Below are positions 14,929 to 28,144 of a DNA stretch of 64,000 nucleotides, piece by piece (positions within the stretch are counted from its first letter, which is position 1; each line of letters begins with the position of its first letter). Location: the NCBI GenBank assembly GCA_965153285.1, contig OZ229113.1, one strand, 5' to 3'. The translations under genes and the position numbers were made by a program. Source of the stretch: Podarcis tiliguerta (lineage: Eukaryota). Below the pieces are notes generated by a model. It did not search any database. It had not been told where the DNA came from and worked only from the letters and a program-made list of their open reading frames with translations.

Positions 14929-16800
14929 TCTTACCACCGGAAGAATTTTATCATTACTGGGAACCACCTCATACATGGAAGAACCTCTTTGTTATTGACC
15001 TTGTGTCAACAGGTCTTGGCCCCTAGAGACTACCTAGATGTAGTGTGACCTAAATTTATAATTATCGTCATGTCCTTATAGATAGGAGGAGAAAATGCTA
15101 ATTTAAAGAGACAGTATCTTTTTTAATCAGTTCTCCTAAACTTTATTAAAATGTATCTTTAAATATATGTATTATTCAATCCTTTGGAATGTTATATTTT
15201 TGGAAATCATAGCTTTTAATTTCAAAGGCCCCTAAAACTGCACAAAATAGATGCTGCTTTCTATAATCTATTTTAATAATAATATGATCTGTTACTTAAC
15301 TTGGGGTTGGAACACTACATTCTTTTTAGAGTCTGATTTTGTGAATTGGAATACCTTGCTTTCCTTTATTTATTTGAAATTATTAGCCCAATCATAACAA
15401 GATCAATTCTTAAATTCTAATGGCCTTCCTTTGCTTTTTTATTTTTAGAATAGTATTTTGAAGTACTTTCATGTAATATCCGAATAATGTGATACTGTCT
15501 CTTTGAAGAACTCTGTAAAACTTATAGAGATTTGAAGTTGGGTCTTGACTCTTAATGCATGTGGACAGTCGCAAGCGTTCATGCTGTTGGTGTATCTGTG
15601 TTGAAAAAAAACTGTAATCTACAGCAAAGTACATTCCGTTCATGGGGGGAAGTACCCAAGGGAATAAAATTAAGTACTATGACTAAGTTGTAAAACCTAT
15701 GCACATCCCTTGCATTTTGGGCAACTTTATAAACAAAAATCCTAATTTTTATTAATAATCATGTAGTGAAATGTGTTTGTAATTTTGTCTCAATTTAATT
15801 TGTTGTAAAGGTGGGAGGGGGAAAAAATTACTGGTTTCACCATTTCAGATCTGTGTTGTCTGAGAGTATTAACGTTTTAATTACGTTTAAGCAAAGAAAT
15901 GCTGATTTTTAATATGTATGTAATTGTTTTGAAAATGCACACATTTTAAGAGAAAATACTGTGCAATGAAGAAACCAGTTTAGGCATTGCGATGAACTAA
16001 CAATTCCAAAAGACTCATCTGCCGCAGCCCTGTAAATTCCTTTCAACGGTAAATGACTCTACATTCTGACCAATTTTTTATTTTAAATATACTTCCTTTT
16101 ATGTGTTCAACAATTAAATGCCTTGGGTCATTCATTTCATCACAGGATTCTTCAGGTGCTTCAAAAGCCAGTCAACTCCTTTGTAGATGTTTAGGGTGGG
16201 GAGGGATTCTCGCCATCTTTGTGTTGATTGGCATACGTGGTTTGACTGCAAGACTTGAAGACTTGTGGCTCACTTAGCAAATAAGGGTTGCTTCATACAG
16301 TCACATTTTTAGCATGTGCGCATATTATACATGCTAAAAACAATATACCGAAAAAAAGATGCGTAATAAAACAAACATGTGGTGCACAGGTACAAATCTC
16401 CGGGAGCTTCCAATTGGCCACGTCCTCCTGCAGTGCATACTGAATGGGGAAGCGTTTGTTCTTGACAATGTGTGAAGCAGTCCTAAATTTTATATGCAGA
16501 GCCTTAATAAGCAAATATTTTCCATGTATTCATCTCAGGGTTGTTGCTATTTTCTGATTTATCTGACCTTCCTTCAGCAAAGGGTAACGTCTGTTCCCTG
16601 TCCTAGAAGAGGGAGACTGAGCATTTCCCATCCCAGTTTGATGTCTTTGTGAACTTAAATCACCATTTATCGCCAGTATTGATGTACCTTGGACTGATTG
16701 TTTTACATTTTTATTATTTAATATGGATTTTTTGCTTTTGTTATTAAATTCCAGTATGTTTTTGAAAAGTGTTATCCTCAACGTTAAAATGCAAAAAAAA
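14929..16800 (+). other. CASK: CASK 3'UTR (end uncertain) with candidate poly(A) signals
   Basis: AT-rich, repeat-free sequence after the stop; AATAAA at 15663 and 16365, ATTAAA at 16743. Confidence 0.55.
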
Positions 16801-17907
16801 TATTATTTACTCATAGATAGCTTCACCTCCTTGAGAACCATTCAGAATTCAACATATGTTAACAATATAAAAGACTAAAGATTTTTAAAGGGCCTAAGAA
16901 GAGTTAATGCACTTTGAGAAGACTGCAAGCGAGAGCAAAGAGAGCCATTTCCTTTGGCATATAGGTCTTTGCACTCAGGTATTTATGTATAGAGGGTGAT
17001 ACCCAACATTAGTCCTCCTCAGAGTATACCCATTGAAATCAATGAGTTGAATCCAGCTCTGCACACAGAGTTCCACTTGTGCAACAGGATTTCTCCTACC
17101 TCACTTTTCCTCACATGTCCCAAAGAACTACTCTGCAAACCTTCTATAGCAGATTTTGAGGGTATGCAGGTGAGAAGTCCCATTGCACAACCCAATAAAC
17201 TTAAATACATTGATCTCAGTGGACAACCATAATTTAGCTGGATAGCACCCAGATCGTTTATCAGTTGCCTTTGTCTCATTGCATAGCCCATGACACCTTC
17301 AGAAATTCGGATTGCAAGCTAGTTTTGAGTTTCTGAACCTGGCACAATGTAAGTTTAATGAGAAAAAGATATCCCTTTTTCTATCACCTCCCCGAGCTTT
17401 GATTATTCAACTATAAACATAACCATTTAATTTGCATTTGTTAGTAGACTACATGGTTTTCCTGACTTTATGACATCATGCCTTGCATCACAGGGCTGGC
17501 AAAAAATTGAAGCAATATACAGCTGTTTCTTTACCATCAACATTATTCTTAAGGAATTGAGTGTACTATTATAATCCAGTGCTGTGGAAATGGAATCACT
17601 GAGCTGATTCAATAAGCTTTTAATCTCCCAGCATTCTAACATCTGCATTAGTGACTTATTCTCTCTGGATTTTTTCTGCTCTTATGTGTTAAACTTTTTA
17701 TTCTTTAGCTAAATATTCAGCAGCAAATTATGGGGATTTAGTAGCCAGTGCCACTATCAAAAACATTTGTGCTAGTAGCATATTTATTAGCAGTATCTGT
17801 GTACACTTGTGATGCAAGTTCATCTTCCATGACAACAGCAAAACCCTAGTTCATTTTAATGCAGCTAAGTAGCACCCATGGTTTGTAGTATTGTGCTTCT
17901 CAGTTGA

Positions 17908-17978
17908 AATTCCTGCATTGCAGGGGATTGGACTGGATGGCCTTCAGGGTCCCTTCTGACTGCAATTCTATGATTCTG
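17908..17978 (+). mobile_element. CR1-type 3' tail (SINE/LINE fragment)
   Basis: ttcctgcattgcagggg-ttggact-gatggcctt...ttctatgattct tail; an opposite-strand copy lies at 25552-25615. Confidence 0.75.
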
Positions 17979-20165
17979 TGATCACCAGGATTGCACCCTT
18001 GGTGGGTGGCTCCTGCACTGCCAACACCCATTAACAATGCCACCACCTCCCACCCCATCCAAAATGGTGGAGTATGGTGGAGTCCCCCATCTTGATTCAA
18101 AATAGCAGCCAACCTTTTCCAAACAAAGACCAAAATATGCACCTCCATCTTAAGAACCGCCATGTCAAATTGGAATAGCAGAATCATCAGAGACATCCCA
18201 ATTGACCCAGTTTGTTGCACCAAATTGAGCAACAATCTCTTGTGACATCTCCAGATAGGCAGAGTTTGGAATGGTTCAGTCTACTGTTTGGATTCAAAAC
18301 ATTGTCAAATGGTATCCAAGCAGACCAAAACCTGCTCTTCGCTCTTGGGAACCAACACACCAAATTAAGCAACAGTATTTTCAGAGGTGTCAGAATTGGT
18401 ACAGCTTGAAACCATCACACCAAACTGGGCGACACAACACCATACTGAGCAACAGCGCCTTCAGAGGCATCGAAATGCAGAACTCTGCATCCAAAACAGC
18501 GTTACTAGGAAGAAGGATTGGCTGCTATACCACTGTGAGCATTGTAGCTCTCTGGGGGTAATAAGGGTCTTCTAATAACTCATCACCTTAACAAACTACA
18601 GTTCCCAGGATTCTTCATGTGGAAGTCATGACTGCTTAAAGAGGTATGATGCCACTTTAAATATATTGTACAGATGATGTCTCAAGAGTGAAAACCAGAA
18701 GTGTGTTTTTCTGTGAACTTGAGCAGGTGCTTGGAAGCATCCTGCTCCTCAGTTTGAAGAATATGCTGTTCTCCCCACCGCGGCCACCTGGCTCCATTTG
18801 GTAAATTTCAGAGTTCTGGGTTTTTTGTTTGTTTGTTTTTTAAAGGTAGAAAATGCAAGCCTGAAACCTGCCCACCCTGATTTACTGGATGTGCCTATGC
18901 TGCCATGTTTTTGAGAAACAAAAGACACCACAGGACAACTTCCATGGTACTGAACAGTAGCCTCCCATGACTACTCTGGAAACAGCCCTGGAGGTCAGAA
19001 TGGAACCACTAAAGTATGGTGCCCCCATACTACCCCTTCTTAAAAATAATATTAGGGAACAATGAAGGAGCCTCTCTGTATGCATCTATCCAAAAGGCAT
19101 TATAAACAGAGGCTTTGTTTTCTGTTGGAATAAGAAACCTTACCATTATTAATATTTAAATGATATTGAAATGGGTCTCGAGGAAACAAGAGAGCATCTG
19201 TCCAGAGAGTTAGCACTTCTATGAAGAAATTAGCACGGTGAGTTACTGCATTGTTTTGTAATATTCTGATATCTACTAGCTTTCATTTTAATTGGCATTC
19301 TGAAATGGGGGTAAATCAACACATAGATGTTACTTTGGGTGAATCCAAGGGGGGGGGGATATGCCAAAGTGAATTAGGCCAGTTATCTTTGAATGTTTAC
19401 CTGAGTGTCATGTTTATTCAGCAATGTCAACCCCTTATTCTCGTCCTGTGGAAATGCCTTCATGTTTTTTTCACTGAAAAATATGCCAGAATGCTTTATG
19501 TGAATAGTACTCTGTTTATGAAAGGATTAGCAGAAAATGAATTGGAAAGATCATTGTTTTCAAGGAGTGCATGTAGCCATGACATATTCCCATGGGGATC
19601 TATAATTAAATCTTCCAGGGTTTTTTGTTGTTGTTTAAAATTGAATAGCAGTCACAAGGAGGAAGTTTGGATCAGGACTCTGGTATCAGGGTGGGAGATA
19701 ACCTTCTCTCCCAGTGCCTTCTTCTGATTTAAATAGTTTCTCCAGCAGCTACCGTATTTGCCCTGCAATGTAGAACTAACAAGTGTCATGCAGCTATTTT
19801 TTACTGTGATACAATTAGCATCTGCAGTGGCAAATTTCAGGAGGAGAACAGGACGCAGTGGAAATGTTAACCCGCCCTAGTGGTGCAGTGGGGGTCCAAA
19901 TTGGCCCTTTCCTCCTTAGCTGCTGTTCAGATTTTTAAATAGTGGGAGCGAAGTGGTAGGAAAAGCTTAAATTATTAGGAAAGGTGTTGGAAATGAAATT
20001 TCTAGCAACTTAATGCTTTGTTATTCTAATGGTGTGGCTGTATTTGGAATACTGTGAACGGGTGCTCCATTTCAAAAAGGAGATCATACCTTTGGAAAAG
20101 GTACCCCAAAGTGCTACCCAAATTATTGTGTTTGGAGCACTCACTGTATGAGGAAAGTTTTTCAG

Positions 20166-20167
<2 letters not shown>

Positions 20168-20215
<48 letters not shown>
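20168..20215. repeat. (AT)n microsatellite
   Basis: Perfect AT dinucleotide run. Confidence 0.98.
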
Positions 20216-20219
<4 letters not shown>

Positions 20220-20931
20220 CAGGGAAAAAAGCTATGGATTTGCATTGGGATTTTTTGACAATAATGAATGGAACTGAGAGGAGTGTAGATAGAAATTTAG
20301 AGTTCAGGGTCACTCAGTTAAATTGATGAGCACTATATTCAGGGCTAACTATTTTTTTGCACAAATTGTTCAAACTTGTGAAGAAGAAAATACACTGAGG
20401 ATAGCTCATGATCAAACATGATCAAATTCAATTCATAAAAAACCTTTCAGCTTAGCATGTTCTGCTAAGGGCTTTCCATGTTCACTCCAGCTCCAAAATG
20501 CCAGGAGAGCTCATTTGCCCTAACCCCATGGCTGATGCTTGACACAAATTCACATATCGTTACAATGCAGTTAAATTATTACCCACGAAGTCCAAAACCT
20601 CAGTCTTTCCTGTGCCAGGAAACTCAGTAAATTCTTAAAAAGCCTCTCTTCTCTCCCACTGACTCGGGCTAACCTGCAGTAAGCAGGGAGTTCACCTAAG
20701 TGACATTTGAGCACATTTCCAACTCCTTATCATTCTGTGTGAATGGGATTTGTTGCCAGTTAGGTACTTGCTATGCAAAATAATACCTTCAGCTGAATAG
20801 ACTCTGTATGTGTATTCCAGTGAACAAACAAAACTGAGATAGCTCAGTTGGCAGTGCAAAAGACTCTTAATCTCAGAGCATGGGCATGGGCCTGGGCGTA
20901 GCTGCCCCCCCCCCCCGATCAAGTAAAACAA

Positions 20932-21150
20932 AGTTATTGCTGTTGTTTAGTCGTGTCCAACTCTTTGTGACCCCTTGGACCAGAGCACGCCAGGCACTTC
21001 TGTCTTCCACTGCCTCCCGCAGTTTGGTCAAACTCATGCTGGTAGCTTCGAGAACACTGTCCAGCCATCTCGTCCTCTGTCATCCCCTTCTCCCCTTCTC
21101 CTTGTGCCCTCCATCTTTCCCAACATCAGGGTCTTTTCCAGGGAGTCTTC
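20932..21150 (-). mobile_element. 5'-truncated Bov-B LINE with 13-bp TSD
   Basis: Bov-B 3' end; TSD tcaagtaaaacaa at 20919-20931 and 21151-21163. Confidence 0.85.
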
Positions 21151-21301
21151 TCAAGTAAAACAACAGAAATAACTAACTGACCAATCACATCATCCCTGCC
21201 CCCCCCCAACAAAAGTCCTGGCTACACCCATGTCTCAGGATCATAGGTTTGAGTCCCACATTTTGCAAAAGATTCCTGCATTGTTGGGGGTTAGGCTAGA
21301 T

Positions 21302-21599
21302 CAGGGGTCCCCAACCTGCGGCCCACAGAGGCCGTTTAACCAGCCCATGAGCCGCCCCAGAACCAAGCCACGTGCTCTGAGTCCCCGCACACTGCGCTAA
21401 ACTGGCACGGCGCAGGGACTCTCTTCAGCTGCTCCAGAAATCACTTCTGCGCATGCCCAGACGCTTCTGCGCAGGCACGATTTTCGGCATCTGGGCATGC
21501 GCAGAAGTGATTTCCGGCATCACACTGCGCCAGTCTGGCCCACGGAGGATCTCTTCAGGAGTGATCCGGCCCATGCCTGGTAATCCTTGCCGACCCCTA
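21302..21599. mobile_element. hAT MITE with perfect 8-bp TSD
   Basis: Ends caggggtc / gaccccta; TSD ggctagat at 21294-21301 and 21600-21607; internal inverted repeat. Confidence 0.85.
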
Positions 21600-23359
21600 G
21601 GCTAGATGACCCTTCCAACTCCATCCATCTCCATGGCAGTGGTGAAGCTGAAATAACCACAGGAGTCCAAATCAATATTGTCAAACTGTCTGTTCAGGGC
21701 CATGGCCCTGAACAGCACCAATTTCCCTGAAATGGAAAGTTTTTTTGTAATTGAGTTTCTAAGATAGTTGATGGGTCCTTAAATGTTTGCTGCTACCTCT
21801 TAAGTCACAAATATTTCTGCGGTTTTATTAGTTTTGAGAAACCCTGTCTACTGGCTTTTCCTTAAAATGCACTGTTAACTTTTTTTTACTACAATTGCCA
21901 TAATAAAGTTTTAATGTTAAGGACAACAGCAATAAAAGCAGTTCCTAAATATACATTACAAAAAGAACCAGCTGTACAGAAATGAAAACCAACCAATATT
22001 CCGGATCCTACTAGCAGTTTTATCAAATGTCTGCAAACTTCAAGCCGCATGATGAACAATGTTTTCCCTGGAGAAATCCTCAACTTAATCTACAGCATTT
22101 GGCTGATACAGGAGGGGACAGGGACGAGACCTTTTATAATACACAGTTGAATTTAGCATTTAAGAAGATTATTGCATTTATAAATAGCCTGAAAATCCAA
22201 AGTCATTGAATGTAGTGCACAGAAGAGATCAATCAAGTGGTTATCATGCCATCTGGCCCCTTTTTTTGCAGTAGGAAAATTGTCCTATAACACTGCATTG
22301 GCTAGAATGCCTGGGTTTGGGTGTATTTAACACTCCACCCGAAAATGCTTGCTGCTACTGCTGCTGTGATTGCTTTTTTCTTTGCATAGCTGAACAATAA
22401 TAGGGCCATGCAAATAGGAATTTAGCAGAATAAAATCCTATTTTGTAAGGCAGTCAAAACTATGGACTGGAGAAAGAGTGAGGATTTCACCGCTTTCAAC
22501 AGCAGCTGGGCTTGGAAAAGCTGGACAATACATTTCCACCAGTCCATGCAATAACAAGTTGTTCATTATTTCTTACTATGGCTGCTACTCTGAAAGGCTC
22601 GGCAGAAACAATGTGTAACTCTCTGCAAACCATATAAAATTTGTCAGGAAAGGGTCATTATTAGTTGAAGCATCCGTCATTAATAACACCGCCTGCTGTT
22701 TTAAATCAAGAGTGGGAAATAGCTTTTGTGACTGGTTTGTGTGTTTGACATGCCTAGTCAATGATTTTTTATTTATTTATTTAATCCTGTTTAAAAACCA
22801 TCTGTTTGCCTATTCTTCCCTATAATACGCATTGCAGATGTAAGAACATGAATGATATTTTAAAACAGGATCTTTGTGTAGGGAAATTTTAGTCAGACAT
22901 TTTATTCTTTCACTTCTTTTATCATTTATGTTGGAATATGTGTGCTTTGAAAGCCATAAGCCACATATTACAAGCTCCATGCACTTGTGGGTAAATGTTT
23001 TTTTTTTTCCTTATTGTATCGCCAGACTGGGAAAAGTGCTCTTTTAAGAGTTCCCATTATATTGAAAACAATTAATCTTACACTAGACAACACTTTTTAA
23101 AAATAAAAATAAAAATCCAAAGCTAAAGACAGGTTACATAATTATCTAGTTCACAGTAGCCTAAGGGAGAGTTGAATTTTTCAGTTTTCAAATTCCAAGA
23201 ATGAGGGGTGCTAAAAATTTGTAACATAACTTGGGAATTCAAAAGATATTTTGGTTAAATTAATATAATATAATTTAGTTTTGCTTGGTAAGTAAAATGT
23301 GTGTAAAAACTCATTGGAAATAATTAAAAATGATTGTCAAGTACTTACAGTTTGTTTAT

Positions 23360-23375
23360 TTATTACTACTACTAC

Positions 23376-23406
<31 letters not shown>

Positions 23407-23408
23407 TA
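23360..23408. repeat. (TAC/TAT)n microsatellite
   Basis: Direct observation. Confidence 0.9.
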
Positions 23409-23548
23409 GCATTACATGACATTTTCAAGAGGCAAAATTAAAATTCTTTGGTAAATAGCAGATCTGAATTCCTCACATCCCAAAAAATATTTGTAAGACC
23501 CTCTCACTGAAGAAAGCTGCAAAAATTAAGTTCCACCCTATTTTGCTG

Positions 23549-24100
23549 CTACAGGTGCATCATGGCGTTTCTGCTCTCTACATTCCTACTATCACTGCTG
23601 TGGAAGCACAACCGCACTTGTCTGTCCCCAGGCACTACAATCGTCTGCAAGGGATTCCCACACAGTAGGGTTAATGTTGCCAACCTCCATATCATGTTTG
23701 ATGACAGCTGGTCTGTCAACAGGCCTAGTGCCTGAAGCCAGCTCCCCATACAGCACATCCTGTTCTGCCATCTTCCTTCTGTGTACATGAGCAAGCCAAC
23801 ATAGACGTCGCTGAGAGAGGAGTGTGAACATGCTAGGAATATGGGCTTGAGAGAGCATATATTTGTATGAGACTCTGTCCTTCCATGTGATGCCCAAAAT
23901 CTTTCTGCCCACGACTCACTTCCATAAAACAATGCGCTCAACATGCAAGCCTGCTAGACCTTCAACTTGACATTGGTCATTAGCATCACATTCTCCCACA
24001 CCCTTTTGGAGAGGCGAGCCGTTGCCATATCTGCCTTGCCAATACGCTTGTCCAGCTCAGCATCAGTTGAAAAGTGGATGGCTATGGTGGTGCCCAGGTA
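23549..24100 (-). mobile_element. RTE-clade LINE fragment (RT C-terminal region, frameshifted)
   Basis: LSALFYGSESW...RKILGITWKDRVS...QRRLCWLAHVHR...LYGEL..G.RPV.RP motifs split over two frames. Confidence 0.85.
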
Positions 24101-24727
24101 GACAAAATTTTCTACCCCATGTCAAGTGTGGACACAAAATATGCAATTGTAAAAAAGTGCAGTTGGAAAAATTGGGGCAGGGACATTAGGTGCATGTGTT
24201 TACTAAGCACTTTTAAGCAGAGATATTGCCTTGTCTGCATATGCAATGTTTTTAAGATGTTTTATTGCTTTATCACTTGTTTACCACCCTGGACTCCTCT
24301 GGAAGAAAGGGCAGGGTACTGTCCTAAACAAGTTTGGGGACAGGGCTAACGCTTAATTAGGGATTTTGAACCCTTAAGTCAAGAAGAAGGGAAGGGAAAG
24401 AGACGTTGCGTCTTCTTTCCCCGCCTCACCCCTCCCCCAAATCAAGACCTGAGCTGTTTCCCTTCCCTCAGGATCATTTCAGCTCCACAGCTGTTGAGCA
24501 CAGTGATTCATTGGGTGGAGTGCGTACGCTGGCGAGAATCATAGCAGTGCTCTTGTAATTTGGCAGCCCTGCAAAAAAATTGATTTTGTCTCTCAACACA
24601 ATGCCAAATATTTCATCAATGAACATTGTTTGGTTTGTTGGCTGTTTTGTTTTCTTGAATGAAAGCCCCACTCGTCAATTTCCTTCTCTCCTTCCCCCAC
24701 TTCACGCAAACATGAGAAACAGGGAGT

Positions 24728-25360
24728 GTCCTGAACCCTTGACCTACCTGGCAAGCAAGTCACGTTCAAAGCCCAGGGATCAAACCACACCAAGTTCAAA
24801 GGTCAGGAAACGCAGTCCAGGGTCAGTCCAAATAAAAATGTCTGATATCAGGATACAGTCCAGAGTCAAAGCTGAAGCAAAGTACAGTTGAGGTCCAGGA
24901 ACATTCAAGCCAAGGTCCACCAACATGGGCAGTTGAGCAGACACAGCACTTCCTCTCTGCTTCCCTTTGGTACTTTGCCTGCTGATTGCAGCATCTGGGC
25001 TTGATGAGGCAGATGACCCTCACCTGTGCCAAGCCCACTCCAGCTGAGGAATCACACACATTCCCAGAGGTAGCGAGCCCCACCTGGCTGGCTAGGCTCT
25101 TGCTTGCCTCAACCTCCTACAACACCTCTCCCACTGCTCTCTACACTTCAGGGCCTGCCGTGTTTGTGGGGACAAGCCCCCCTCTGGTTCTGGGTCCTGC
25201 TTCTCTGGTTCCTGTGCATTGGCCCCCATCCCCTCGCCATCGCGTGAGTACTTCCTTCCCTTTCCCCTTCTTGCCCCAGTGTGCCCCAGTCCCAGCCCTA
25301 GCTAGGATCCTCTTCCTCCTCCCCCTCATGTTTGAGAAATACCAGCTTTGGTAGCACATG
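24728..25360 (-). mobile_element. probable LTR-retrotransposon relic
   Basis: Repeated cagtccag/ggtcagg motifs and a GC-rich pyrimidine-skewed stretch typical of squamate Gypsy-like fragments; no intact domain seen. Confidence 0.35.
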
Positions 25361-26127
25361 TTTGATGGGGCAAAAAGAATAGATACCGGTAACTTTCAGG
25401 AAGATCCAATGGCTCTTGCACCAATGTAAGTGATACTGAGTTGGGCTTTACATCAGTGCAAGGGCCATTGGATTGTCCTGTGTTAGGGACTGCATAGTAG
25501 ATAAGAACTGCTGACTCCCATGGAGAAAAGTCATTGCTACAGAGTGTAGAGTTATAGAATTACAGAGTTGGAAGGGACCATAAGGGTCTAGTCCAACCCT
25601 CCGCAATGCAGGAATTTATTTTGCCCAACATGTAGGCATGGAGTTGCAAACCATGCAAGTCCTTGTAAACAAGCAGAAAAGCATGCTTTGAACTCATTTA
25701 TGTTTGGTTGGTTTTTTAAGTGATGGGGAATTGTGCAGTTGGAAAATCTGTTTATAAGAAACCCTGAATAATTATATTTTCCAAGTGGAAACCTTACACA
25801 CTGATTTGGTTTCTTCATGAATGCTAATTAATATCCATGCCTATAAAGGCATGTATGAGTACAGACATTTTCTAAGGAGGGGGGCATTCATAATTACTTT
25901 TGTATGTATCTGTAGTCTTTCTCCTTGCAGTATAGCTTATAGCACTGCAAATACTTCTATATTTATTCAGTGCCTATAGTGCAACTAACCATTTAAAAGC
26001 AAATTTAAAAAACAGAAGAATTCAATGTTTGTTTGTTTTTTAAAATGCCCTGTTATGTCCTATTTGAGATGTAATTGAAGGGTTAAGAGACTCCAGGTGG
26101 TGTGGGTGCATAAATGGCACTTGCAGG

Positions 26128-26262
26128 ATTTGCTCAGTCAGTAGAGCTTGAGACTCTTAATCTCAGGGTTGTGGGTTTGAGCCCCACATTGAGCAAAGGA
26201 TTCCTGCATTGCAGGGGGTTGGACTAGATGACCCTCGTGGTCCCTTCCAACTCTACAATTCT
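26128..26262 (+). mobile_element. tRNA(Lys)-like-headed SINE with CR1 3' tail
   Basis: A-box gctcagtcagtagagc, anticodon-like gactcttaatctc, degenerate B-box ggtttgagccc, CR1 tail ggttggactagatgacc. Confidence 0.8.
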
Positions 26263-26319
26263 GTCATAGGGAGTTCAGGAGTACCACATCGATGCTTGTG
26301 GTGGTAGTGGTGGTGTTAT

Positions 26320-26720
26320 TTGAATTGATATATACTGCCCTGTACTTGGAGGTCACAGAATAAAATCAAAATATAAAACCACAAAATGTATAATCAAAAA
26401 AACAACCCAATAAACCCCCCCCCCCAAAAAAACCCCACATTTTAAAAGGGCATAGGATGTCAATCAAATCAACCAAAGGCCTGGTTTAAAAGGAACATTT
26501 TTGCCTTGCACGTATATAATGAAAGTGCCGGGCAAACTTCCCTGGGGAGAGCATTCCAAAGACGGGAGCCAATGCAGAGAAGGCCTGTTCTCGTGTTGCC
26601 ACCCTCCGAACCTCTCAAGGAAGAGGCACATGAAGAAAGGCCTCAGAAGATGATCTTAGGGTCCGGGCAGGTTCATATGGAAAGAGGCGGTCCTTGAGGT
26701 ATTGCGGTTCTGAGCTGTTC
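26320..26720 (-). mobile_element. L2-type LINE 3' fragment
   Basis: gggagagcattcca...gagaaggcc...tccttgaggtat pattern shared with 30540-30985. Confidence 0.65.
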
Positions 26721-27902
26721 TTCACAGAGGAGAGGTAGGGATGATGGAGGCTGGGGCAAATGGCTTATTGACCTGAGTAGCCACTGCCCATAGCATAGCA
26801 GCTGTCCCTGCCCATTTTAATTTTATTTACATTATATATACTACATGCCCTGCTTTGTCCAAGTCCCTTCTATTTGGTGGAGAGGACTGCTGGCTTGCTC
26901 AGCACCTGTGAAGAGTAAGGGGCTTACTCCCTCCCCTCCCCCTCCCTTGAGTTCACCCACAGCCCAGTGGACAAAGTCTGAAGGAGAGTTGAAATGACTG
27001 GATGTAAAGAGACAAAAGCAATTTTAAAAACAAAGATCATGACAAGTAACGCTACTTAGTGGGAAAATCAGAGTGGGAGATGACTATTGAAGAAATTAAT
27101 TGAAGTGAAAATGTAATTTTGGGAGAGATCACTATGAGAAATTAAATATTTTAATTCATGTCATGGTGGTTGCATCAGAATGTAACAACACCCCTGGGGG
27201 GAAGGGCCATGTATTCAGACATTTTGCTTCCAAAAGCAGTCAGCCAAATGTCTCTGGGAGCTCAAAAACTGGGCATGAAGATGGTGAGGGCCTTCTCTTA
27301 TCTTTTATCTCTAATATACCTGTGTGTTTTGGAAGTATCTTGCGTCTGAACATAGAGATTATGTTCATCTATCACAGGTAAAAGCTGTCAATATGTCAAT
27401 TCAGAGATTTTTTTTTTTTGACCCATCTAAACTAATGGTGGTCAGCACACCTCACAGCTGTGAGTTCTGTATGTTCATTATGTGCGTTGTTTGAAGAAGA
27501 ATGTTAGCAGCCTTTCTTTATAAAGCTGCCATAATTTTATTTCCCTTGTTTCTGGGAAGTGTGGCTATCATGAGGGGAGAACAATTCAGACCATGGCACT
27601 CCAGCTAATGTTGAGTCAAATGAGAGAGGTCAGCTTTGGAAGGAGAAATGATTTTGGCAGTGTCAACATTTGTGGCCTTAGAGAAGCAGGTCTTCTGTAA
27701 AAATGGGTGTGACAGCAGCTGTGGGAGCAAAGGAGCAGCTTGCCTTAAACTACATTTGTGGCTCCATCTTGGTAAAAGTCCATTGTCTCCATCTAATCCA
27801 GCATTCTTTTTCCCCACAGAAGCTAGCCAGCTTAGAGTTAGGACACGAGTGTGGTGCTCCTCCCATGTTTGTTTTTTACTTCCTGGCATCTGATATAGTA
27901 GT

Positions 27903-28144
27903 TGTTATGTATTGAAGTGCTCACCCTGGCCACCCAGGGGTATTGTGTATATAGTTTTCACTCAGGTCCATGTCAGTTAATTTAGGCGGGAAACCCGGGT
28001 GGTTGTTGTTACAGTGTGACAGCTGGCTGGCTATAAAAGCAAGCTGGCTGAGCTGTGTTCAGTTCAGTTCAGTTCCAGCTTACTTATAAAGAACTACTTG
28101 GAGGAATCTCTGTGTCGTCTGCTTTGTCAGCCCACTACTTAATA
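27903..28144 (+). mobile_element. solo LTR
   Basis: Ends TGTTATGT...ACTTAATA (near-inverted), 5-bp TSD gtagt on both sides, internal TATAAAA at 28032. Confidence 0.65.

Larger units (their letters stand above)
20834..21625 (+). mobile_element. tRNA-derived CR1-tailed SINE broken by two insertions (one itself containing a Bov-B fragment)
   Basis: SINE pieces at ~20834-20878, 21233-21301 and 21608-21625 reassemble to match the intact copy at 26128-26262. Confidence 0.75.

Noticed and set aside
19251-19727. 158-aa ORF between CASK and NYX
   Set aside because: Non-ATG start, no recognisable motifs or supporting exon structure
26128-26200. tRNA-Lys-like sequence
   Set aside because: Degenerate B-box and acceptor stem, fused to a CR1 tail: a SINE head rather than a tRNA gene
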